46,542 bases of DNA from a virus: positions 1 to 46,542 of IMG/VR virus record IMGVR_UViG_3300045988_082870; one strand, 5' to 3'. The notes under the pieces were generated by a model. The model made no database searches. It was not told the DNA's origin and saw only the letters and a program-made list of their open reading frames with translations. Positions within the stretch are counted from its first letter, which is position 1. Every line of letters starts with the position of its first letter. Made by a program: the position numbers and the translations under genes. Positions 1 to 5,879 of the stretch are shown here, one piece after another.

Positions 1-55
1 AAATATCACATTTACGTTCTATCTTTGCCATATCAACATTTTTGAAAACAGATAA
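1..55. repeat. 55-bp terminal direct repeat, exact copy of 46488..46542 (circular-closure overlap or short terminal redundancy)
   Basis: Bases 1-55 (aaatatcacatttacgttctatctttgccatatcaacatttttgaaaacagataa) recur exactly at 46488-46542. The repeat includes the ATG and first codons (MAKIERKCDI) of the minus-strand gene 46249..46518. Confidence 0.95.
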
Positions 56-509
56 ACTTTAATTCATATATGCCATTATTTACAGATATAATATAAAAAT
101 TTATCATTTTATTTTCGTTCCCGACATCGTTTACCGAAAATGTAGGATAATCTCCTATTATGCCGCATATATCTACGCTGAAACACTCTATTATTCCATA
201 CTTAGTAAAATAGTTGCTTAAACTGTCATTTACTCTTTTCAATATTTCAATTCCATGTGGGCTAAACATCTTTTTTATTTCTTCCTTATTTGTTATAACC
301 CAACGCATAGGTATCTGCTTTAAAAGATTATTTATTCCTTTGCCTTTTTTTACTGTTTTACCGAAAAAACATTGACTTCGTAGAAAATACATAACCGGGT
401 GACCTTTGTATATAAATGAAAATATATTATTAGTATATAGTGTAACATCATATCCCCTTTCGGTTATTTGCTCTATTTCTTTCGATTTATATATTTTATT
501 TCTTTCCAT
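33..509 (-). CDS. Hypothetical protein (158 aa), part of the small-gene unit fed by promoter B
   Basis: Uninterrupted ORF, co-oriented, with an 11-nt gap to the upstream gene. Visibly more AT-rich than most of the genome. No motif recognised. Confidence 0.6.
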   Translation of the reverse strand: MERNKIYKSKEIEQITERGYDVTLYTNNIFSFIYKGHPVMYFLRSQCFFGKTVKKGKGINNLLKQIPMRWVITNKEEIKKMFSPHGIEILKRVNDSLSNYFTKYGIIECFSVDICGIIGDYPTFSVNDVGNENKMINFYIISVNNGIYELKFICFQKC

Positions 510-520
510 TACTTAAAAAA

Positions 521-940
521 TTAATAATATCTTATTTCTTTATGTCCACAATTAATACAAATAAATTCTTCCATAATTGGAATATTTATACATTCGGATG
601 TATAGCCATCACCATATTGATGATAACATCCGTCTGTGCATTCCATTCGGCAGCCGCATTCCGGGCAGTCGTCCTCGCCAAATACTTGTGCGTTCATAAC
701 CGCATCGTATATCTCCGATGTCAGTTCCTTAATGCCGCACACCTTGAACGAATTAATTACATCTGTAACCGGCGCATCCTCGGCGACACACTCTCTTAGA
801 GAATATCTGTAGAAGTCCGGGCACTCGTATATCGCATTCCGGCGTATAAGGCATTCAATGAACTTTTTAGAAAACGTTATAAATTGTTTTTCTGTAAACA
901 TCTGCAGGGCTGCGACCTGCTGGTTATATTTTAGTATCAT
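521..940 (-). CDS. Cys-rich hypothetical protein with zinc-ribbon-like CxxC pairs
   Basis: 139-aa ORF with the C-terminal motifs CPECGC...C...C and CINCGH. Tightly packed in the operon. Confidence 0.6.
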   Translation of the reverse strand: MILKYNQQVAALQMFTEKQFITFSKKFIECLIRRNAIYECPDFYRYSLRECVAEDAPVTDVINSFKVCGIKELTSEIYDAVMNAQVFGEDDCPECGCRMECTDGCYHQYGDGYTSECINIPIMEEFICINCGHKEIRYY

Positions 941-959
941 AATGTTTATTTTAATTGTT

Positions 960-1181
960 TTAATAAGGTTTTTTAGTTATAACTTCTTCCCCGACCTCGT
1001 ATGACAATAATTTATCAGCAAGCTCTTGCGCCTTTTCAACTGAATCTTTATAGTTTGAGATTTTCCCATACTCGTCAATATAGTTCCAAAGTCCGAATAG
1101 AATTGCGTTAAACAATGAACAATCAATATCATTTATTGAAAATGTGCGATTTTCTCTATTCTCAATTATACTCGTTTCCAT
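960..1181 (-). CDS. Hypothetical protein (73 aa)
   Basis: ORF track; co-oriented; acidic small protein; no motif recognised. Confidence 0.5.
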   Translation of the reverse strand: METSIIENRENRTFSINDIDCSLFNAILFGLWNYIDEYGKISNYKDSVEKAQELADKLLSYEVGEEVITKKPY

Positions 1182-1220
1182 AATTGTATATGTTTTAAAT
1201 TATTTTATTATTTATATTAT

Positions 1221-1260
1221 TTGTTTATGCCGAAGCTTGCGCCCCGGCTGGTTAATTATT
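1221..1260 (-). promoter_or_regulatory. Intergenic GNRA-tetraloop hairpin, copy 1 of a 4-member family
   Basis: The minus-strand RNA reads AAUUAACCA GCCGGGGC-GCAA-GCUUCGGC AUAAAC (hairpin 1229..1248). Two G-U pairs form only on the minus strand. No U-tract follows. Confidence 0.6.
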
Positions 1261-1287
1261 ATTCTGTGTTTAATATATGAATTAAGA

Positions 1288-1467
1288 TTAAAACATAATC
1301 TGAATTTCTGAATTATTATACCCTAATTCATTTGCAATTTCAATAGCTTTTTCGATACTTTCAGCTTTTTCAAACTTTGTAGTTTTTGTTTGGTAATCTA
1401 CGCCGTAGAATGAAACTTTATTACTATGTGCATTGATGCCATTTTTGTGGATTTCTAATAATTTCAT
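1288..1467 (-). CDS. Small hypothetical protein (59 aa), below the ORF-track cutoff
   Basis: ATG at 1467 and TAA at 1288-1290. Translation: MKLLEIHKNGINAHSNKVSFYGVDYQTKTTKFEKAESIEKAIEIANELGYNNSEIQIMF. It fills an otherwise empty gap and is bracketed by leader-type hairpin A and GNRA hairpin copy 1. Confidence 0.5.
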   Translation of the reverse strand: MKLLEIHKNGINAHSNKVSFYGVDYQTKTTKFEKAESIEKAIEIANELGYNNSEIQIMF

Positions 1468-1487
1468 AATTTTATAATTTTACGTTT

Positions 1488-1503
1488 CCGGGCAACCGCC
1501 CGG
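1488..1503 (-). promoter_or_regulatory. Leader-type hairpin, copy A (no adjacent promoter)
   Basis: The minus strand reads GACCGGGCGGUUGCCCGGAAAC: a 5-bp CCGGG/CCCGG stem and a CGGUUG loop. The same motif occurs at 1785, 39380 and 46024. It lies between the stop at 1511 and the ATG at 1467. Confidence 0.55.
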
Positions 1504-1510
1504 TCGGGTT

Positions 1511-1762
1511 TTATTTTACATAAAAAGAAATTTTCAGTCCTCGGCGTAACTTGCAAACGCATTTATCGTCCATGCTTTTGAATGCTCGCTTTATAAACTT
1601 ATTTACCAGCTCAATACCGATAAGTCTTATCAGTCCGGCTACTCCTACGAGCTTGTTTATCTTTTTGCCGTTTGCGTCAAATCCTGCAACTTTTATTCTA
1701 AAGTTAAAGTTAATCTCTCGTGTGTCGAAAAGTAAACCGTTATAAATTGCGAGTGTATTCAT
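1511..1762 (-). CDS. Hypothetical protein (83 aa), first gene after early promoter B
   Basis: ORF track. Preceded by the promoter B / leader hairpin cassette. Confidence 0.6.
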   Translation of the reverse strand: MNTLAIYNGLLFDTREINFNFRIKVAGFDANGKKINKLVGVAGLIRLIGIELVNKFIKRAFKSMDDKCVCKLRRGLKISFYVK

Positions 1763-1784
1763 TTTATTCTTTATTTTATGGTTT

Positions 1785-1854
1785 CCGGGTAACTGCCCGG
1801 TCAGCTTTTTTATTTATCTGCTGCAAAGTTAAAGAAATATTTTAAAAGCACAAA
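1785..1854 (-). promoter_or_regulatory. Early promoter B plus conserved leader hairpin
   Basis: On the minus strand: TTTG (1851..1854), a 19-nt spacer, then TAACTTTG (1824..1831). The leader hairpin GACCGGGCAGUUACCCGGAAAC follows at 1785..1800. This matches the Bacteroidota -33/-7 consensus and is nearly identical to cassettes C and D. Confidence 0.75.
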
Positions 1855-1993
1855 ATATTTTCGCTTAAAATTTTATTTTAACTGCTTAAAAAGTTATTTT
1901 GTGCGAATTTTGCGCCTGTTGCGTTGTTTTATTGTGCGTGGGTGTTTTATCGTCTTTAATATTTTAACGCCGCAAATCGGCTCATTTGGGCTT

Positions 1994-2031
1994 AAACGAA
2001 AACCGGGCATACGTTAGTAACGCATACCCGG
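1994..2031 (-). terminator. Rho-independent terminator after the lysis cassette
   Basis: Minus-strand RNA: CCGGGUAUGCG-UUACUAA-CGUAUGCCCGG, an 11-bp stem including two G-U pairs, followed by UUUUCGUUU. It lies about 50 nt below the spanin stop. Confidence 0.75.
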
Positions 2032-2079
2032 AAATTCTTAAATTATGACTACAGAAAAAAAGGTTTTGCAAATATATTA

Positions 2080-2592
2080 TTATTTTTTTAATTTTCTCAA
2101 TACAAACCAAAAAATAATTACTAATAATAGTACATAAAAACCATAAATCTGTGTCTGCTGAAACCATGATAGTTTCTTCTCTACTTCAACAGTTTTAGTT
2201 ATAACGGTATTCCCGGTTTTAATTAGTGTGCTATCTGTACTTATTATCGGCTTGTCAAATTCTATTGGCTTTTTTTGCGGTTTCAGCCGCAAATCGTGGT
2301 ATAAAGTGCCGTCAGAATTGATATGCGCTGTTGATATTGCATAATCATTTTCCAAATAACTTGTACTGTCGGCGGTTGTCCTTTCTGCCCTTTGTTCGGG
2401 TATATCTAGCCAACACGTATCTTTGACAAATTTCGTTTCTGTCTTGATAATCGTCTTAATGCTGTCATTCGTGATATACGTTGGTATATACTTAGTTTTA
2501 CACCCTAACAATAACGAACATACCACAAAGCCCCATATAATGTTTAATATTGTTCTCATAATTCTTATTCTTGCCAACGTTGACTTTCCCAT
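2080..2592 (-). CDS. Putative unimolecular spanin (lipoprotein signal plus C-terminal TM anchor)
   Basis: An N-terminal signal ends in the lipobox LLLGC. A C-terminal hydrophobic helix IYGFYVLLLVIIFWFVL is followed by RKLKK. The gene sits directly downstream of, and overlaps, the endolysin. An alternative start is Met12 at 2559. Confidence 0.6.
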   Translation of the reverse strand: MGKSTLARIRIMRTILNIIWGFVVCSLLLGCKTKYIPTYITNDSIKTIIKTETKFVKDTCWLDIPEQRAERTTADSTSYLENDYAISTAHINSDGTLYHDLRLKPQKKPIEFDKPIISTDSTLIKTGNTVITKTVEVEKKLSWFQQTQIYGFYVLLLVIIFWFVLRKLKK

Positions 2593-2999
2593 GCTCTCCT
2601 TTTTACAAGACCGGGTAACTTCTTTTTACCGGCATAGACCCAGCGTCGGAACTGAGCCTGTATCTCCGCTGTGGGCGCTTTTGCACGTATCTTTGCAAGT
2701 AAGGTTGAACCTTTAAAAGCATCCACCCCAAGATTATAACAAAAGTCGCAAATGCTTGCAAACTTCGGGTACGTATCAATCTCTGAAATGCCGTTTACAT
2801 ACTTCTCAATCGGTTTAAGGTCTCTTTTGAGCCATTGTTCAGCACGTTCAGGAGTGCATCGTGTAGATGCTGTTACATCCTTTGTTGTTCCGTACCCACA
2901 AGTATATACACCTGCAGGACATTTGTAGGCTTTACTGCTAAAGCCTTCAAACTCCTTGATTTTGTCTAAATCAGATTGTTGTAATTGGTAATTTGTCAT
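2565..2999 (-). CDS. Endolysin, GH24 / T4-lysozyme-type muramidase
   Basis: The motif EFEGFSSKAYKCPAGVYTCGYGTT fits the E-x8-(D/C)-x5-T phage lysozyme signature. The likely start is the ATG at 2999 (MTNYQLQQ). The ORF track extends to 3071, but that extension overlaps the HNH gene. Confidence 0.85.
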   Translation of the reverse strand: MTNYQLQQSDLDKIKEFEGFSSKAYKCPAGVYTCGYGTTKDVTASTRCTPERAEQWLKRDLKPIEKYVNGISEIDTYPKFASICDFCYNLGVDAFKGSTLLAKIRAKAPTAEIQAQFRRWVYAGKKKLPGLVKRRAWESQRWQE

Positions 3000-3726
3000 A
3001 ATATTCCCATTTAAAAAAGTTCTTTGTTTTATTTCTTTTGCCTTGGCAGCACGCAAGAATGCCATGAACACTTGAGTTAGTATTTTCTGCCGCTTCTTTT
3101 ATTGACTTCCATATGTTTATCGTATTTCCATTCATATCTTTTTGAATTACACGCCTGCATCTTGCATGCGTTTTACTTTTCTTTTCTACACCTTTAAATT
3201 TCCACAAGTAACCTTTAACAGATCCGATTTTCCCATTACAGCATTTCGCAATTGACGATGGGCTTACTCCAATAACATTTCCTGCTATCTTTGTTGAATT
3301 GTAAACTTTTATTAAGCGACCGTCTAAATCATATTGCTCAACTGCCTTTTGTATCTTAAAGGCTAATCTTTCTCTTACATGGCTATATTCTATATTGTAA
3401 TTAGGTGTACACCATTCGAGATTTTCAGCATTATTGTCTGTTCTGATTTCGTTTTTATGATTTACATAAGGCAAATTATGTGGATTAGGAACAAATGCTT
3501 CGGCTACAAGACGATGAACTAAATATAATTTGTATGTGCTATTTTTACAAAGGTGTGCCATTTTATACCCTGTTGTTGATGATTTATGTATTTTTACAAC
3601 ACGTTCCGGTATAGTTCTATACCCACCTAAATGTGGTACTTTCCTTAATAAAGATTTTACCCTGCCCAAATTACTTACTTGATACAAGCCTTCATAGCCT
3701 TTAATGTCTTTCCAAATCTCTTTCAT
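2971..3726 (-). CDS. Free-standing NUMOD4-HNH homing endonuclease with C-terminal HTH (IENR1/NUMOD1-like) repeats
   Basis: N-terminal WKDIKGYEGLYQVSNLGRVKS (NUMOD4). HNH core HRLVAEAF...VNHKNEIRTDNNAENLEW. Two C-terminal helix-turn-helix-like repeats (IAGNVIGVSPSSIAKCCNGK and AAENTNSSVHGILACCQGK). AT-rich, inserted between holin and endolysin. Confidence 0.85.
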   Translation of the reverse strand: MKEIWKDIKGYEGLYQVSNLGRVKSLLRKVPHLGGYRTIPERVVKIHKSSTTGYKMAHLCKNSTYKLYLVHRLVAEAFVPNPHNLPYVNHKNEIRTDNNAENLEWCTPNYNIEYSHVRERLAFKIQKAVEQYDLDGRLIKVYNSTKIAGNVIGVSPSSIAKCCNGKIGSVKGYLWKFKGVEKKSKTHARCRRVIQKDMNGNTINIWKSIKEAAENTNSSVHGILACCQGKRNKTKNFFKWEYYDKLPITTI

Positions 3727-3749
3727 ATTGCTGAAATTTAAATTATGCT

Positions 3750-3789
3750 GAAAATGGAAAAAGTGGAAGGGGCTTTCAGCTTACCCCTT
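3750..3789 (-). terminator. Possible weak terminator/attenuator between the holin and the HNH gene
   Basis: Minus-strand hairpin AAGGGG-(11 nt)-CCCCUU followed by CCACUUUUUCCAUUUUC. The stem is only 6 bp. Confidence 0.3.
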
Positions 3790-3836
3790 TCGGTCGGTTA
3801 ATTACTCCGTCCTATCCACTTTGCAAAGGTATAAAA

Positions 3837-4295
3837 TTATTTGCTAAATTCTTTTGATATTTCTTGCAAAATTTTCTTTCCATCCTCCACAGTAGCACAT
3901 TGTATTATTTTCTTTATAACGTCTGGCAAATCTGCGCTGTGGCTCTTCTTGCGCCTACTATTTTCAATTACCGATTTTAGCTCTATTGCTATCACGGCAA
4001 CGCTTCCAAGTAATGTCGCAAACGGAAGTTTGTAAAATTCAAAGAGGCTGCCGATAAGGTCAAACAATAGCGCAAACATTAATACTCGGTAATAATCTCC
4101 GATTTTTACAAATGTTCGCCGATAGCCCTTGCTGTCTATTGGCTCGCCCAACGCCTTTGCAGTATCTCGACCGCTCCAAAAATCTAATATGTTGGCAATA
4201 AAAACAAATGTCCAACATATCATAACTATGGCCAAGCGTACTATTAAATAACACGCTATCGCTTCCATGTTTCGCTGCTCTATTAGTTCAAACAT
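3837..4295 (-). CDS. Holin (phage_holin_4_1-like)
   Basis: 152 aa with three to four hydrophobic helices. The motif IELKSVIENSRRK resembles the SI(L/I)EN signature of the TcdE/holin_4 family. The C-terminus is charged. It is the first gene of the lysis cassette. Confidence 0.75.
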   Translation of the reverse strand: MFELIEQRNMEAIACYLIVRLAIVMICWTFVFIANILDFWSGRDTAKALGEPIDSKGYRRTFVKIGDYYRVLMFALLFDLIGSLFEFYKLPFATLLGSVAVIAIELKSVIENSRRKKSHSADLPDVIKKIIQCATVEDGKKILQEISKEFSK

Positions 4296-4299
4296 AATA

Positions 4300-4378
4300 T
4301 CCTAATAAGTTGTTAATAATGCTTTACAAAGATAGCGAAAATACGAATGTGCGCAAAACAAATAACAACTTATTAGGT
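4300..4378 (-). promoter_or_regulatory. Holin promoter enclosed by a 15-bp perfect inverted repeat
   Basis: On the minus strand: TTTG (4354..4357), a 19-nt spacer, then TATCTTTG (4327..4334). It is flanked by cctaataagttgtta (4301..4315) and taacaacttattagg (4363..4377). The downstream arm ends 5 nt before the holin ATG. Confidence 0.7.
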
Positions 4379-4383
4379 GTAAT

Positions 4384-4911
4384 TTAAATAAAATCATCCC
4401 AAGGTACGGCTTTTTTGCTCCCCAGCACATCGGCAAACCACCTGTTGAAGATTTTTCCGGGATAGCCGTCCGGGTCTGCCGCATCGGCATAAGCCTGTCT
4501 GACGCAATCGGTTTCAGTTTTTAGGCTTACGCCGTAATAGTCCGCATAGTGCATATTAGCCGCATAAGCTATATCGCCCCATGTTATTTCTTCCGGCTTC
4601 GTCAGACCGAAACGCTCAAAGGCTGACTTAACATCGGCAATGCTCCAATGGTGGTTTGCTTCTCCGTGGGCGTTTTGCATCTGCTTGCTTGCCCAGCTTG
4701 CTAAATCGTCAGTGAAATGGCTGCCGTGTTTCTCTTTATACTTTATTAAGCCCTGCATGGCTTCTTCTGAAAATTCATCGTTAAAGCCATTTGAATGCTC
4801 ATGACTATCTTCGTGTTTCTTGCTGTATGTATCTTTTCGGCCGTGTTCTTCTTCCGAAACATGGCCATATATTTTGTATGTTCTCATGGCTCTAACTCTT
4901 AAATTCTGCAA
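4384..4911 (-). CDS. Hypothetical protein (His/Glu-rich N-terminus)
   Basis: ORF track. A more likely start is Met9 at 4887 (MRTYKIYGH), which removes the overlap with the upstream gene. No motif recognised. Confidence 0.6.
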   Translation of the reverse strand: MQNLRVRAMRTYKIYGHVSEEEHGRKDTYSKKHEDSHEHSNGFNDEFSEEAMQGLIKYKEKHGSHFTDDLASWASKQMQNAHGEANHHWSIADVKSAFERFGLTKPEEITWGDIAYAANMHYADYYGVSLKTETDCVRQAYADAADPDGYPGKIFNRWFADVLGSKKAVPWDDFI

Positions 4912-5377
4912 TAAACTTCTGCATCATATCTTGCTGGGCTTTCATCATTTCTTTTAAATCTGTGATTGAGCCCTCAATCTGCCCAAAGCGTTTCTCGTTG
5001 TCCTGCTTCTGCCTGTAAATCGGGTTTAGCTCGGCCAGCAAGTTACTTGCCCTTTCCACTATTTTCTTGTCGCTGTCAACGTTGGCCAATCGCTTTTCGG
5101 CGTTATTCTTCATTGCTTCGACTTCACGTGATAAGGCTTCCCGGTCTGTTGATAGTACAAGATTGCCGGCAAATGTTACTGAAAGGCTTTCCGGGATTGT
5201 GTATGTGGCCGTCTTTCCGTCTACTTCGATATTTACATCAACGACCATTTGCGCCTTGCCGTTAATGGTTTCCATACGTGGAAATGTGTTGCCGGTTACT
5301 TTACCTTGTATATAAGTCATATCCTGCTTATTGAGGATGTGAACTGTATAACCTTGCTGTATGTCTTTGAATTGCAT
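4892..5377 (-). CDS. Hypothetical protein with C-terminal coiled-coil-like region
   Basis: 161-aa ORF. It is the first gene after the terminator at 5385..5417. The C-terminal half is rich in E/K/Q/M. Confidence 0.6.
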   Translation of the reverse strand: MQFKDIQQGYTVHILNKQDMTYIQGKVTGNTFPRMETINGKAQMVVDVNIEVDGKTATYTIPESLSVTFAGNLVLSTDREALSREVEAMKNNAEKRLANVDSDKKIVERASNLLAELNPIYRQKQDNEKRFGQIEGSITDLKEMMKAQQDMMQKFIAEFKS

Positions 5378-5384
5378 AATTTAT

Positions 5385-5417
5385 AATTTTAAAAGACCCT
5401 CATTAATTGAGGGTCTT
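5385..5417 (-). terminator. Rho-independent terminator
   Basis: Minus-strand RNA AAGACCCUC-AAUUAAU-GAGGGUCUU followed by UUAAAAUU. It lies 9 nt below the stop of 5426..5860. Confidence 0.75.
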
Positions 5418-5425
5418 AGTTAAAC

Positions 5426-5860
5426 TTATGATGCAGATGAAGCCGCACCAATAGATATTGTTACGGAATCGTTGATAACATATCCGTATGCCTTGCCGTT
5501 CTTGACACAGGCAATTCCTTGGTCTGTTCCGACCGAAGTTATTACCGGCGTAGATGTCGGCAACGTTGTGCGTCCTTGGAATGCTACCTTAAAGTTTTCC
5601 GTATAAACAAGCGGTTGAGCCTTGCCGCAACATTTGTTGCCGGACGGCACAAGTATTTCTACACGTGCTGTTATTGGCACAAATACGGTGCTGTTGTTCA
5701 GCGTAGGCGTGCCTACGACATAAGTAACTGTTGCGCTCGGCTGGTTGTTATTCAATACGCAAAACGGCTCGCAAAGCCTTTCTTTGAAAGTGAGCATTAC
5801 AGATAGCTGGTTTGCTACCGGGGCGGCTGATAAGCCGACAGGATTTTGATAAACTGCCAT
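5426..5860 (-). CDS. Hypothetical beta-rich, Cys-containing protein (144 aa)
   Basis: ORF track. Second gene of a two-gene unit bounded by the promoter at 6814 and the terminator at 5385..5417. Rich in T/V/N/S, with the Cys motifs CEPFC and KCCGK. Confidence 0.6.
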   Translation of the reverse strand: MAVYQNPVGLSAAPVANQLSVMLTFKERLCEPFCVLNNNQPSATVTYVVGTPTLNNSTVFVPITARVEILVPSGNKCCGKAQPLVYTENFKVAFQGRTTLPTSTPVITSVGTDQGIACVKNGKAYGYVINDSVTISIGAASSAS

Positions 5861-5879
5861 AATTATGCCCTCCTACAAT

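Noticed and set aside
181-189. 9-nt complementarity between the loop of the candidate sRNA (AAACACUCU) and the mRNA of gene 33..509.
   Set aside because: A single 9-mer match somewhere in about 93 kb of two-strand sequence is not far from the chance expectation, and the site is not near a start codon. It is not evidence for a target.
2999-3071. N-terminal extensions offered by the ORF track for the endolysin (to 3071), and similarly for the DUF4406-like gene (to 34067), the zinc-ribbon gene (to 28111) and the wHTH gene (to 42884).
   Set aside because: Each extension overlaps the upstream gene substantially, or lies at or before the predicted transcript start. Internal ATGs give compact junctions (ATGA-type overlaps) and start right at the conserved domain.
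4302-4490. 62-aa minus-strand ORF spanning the holin promoter region.
   Set aside because: It overlaps the 3' end of 4384..4911 in another frame and runs through the promoter and inverted-repeat region, and its sequence looks random. The region is better explained as regulatory DNA.
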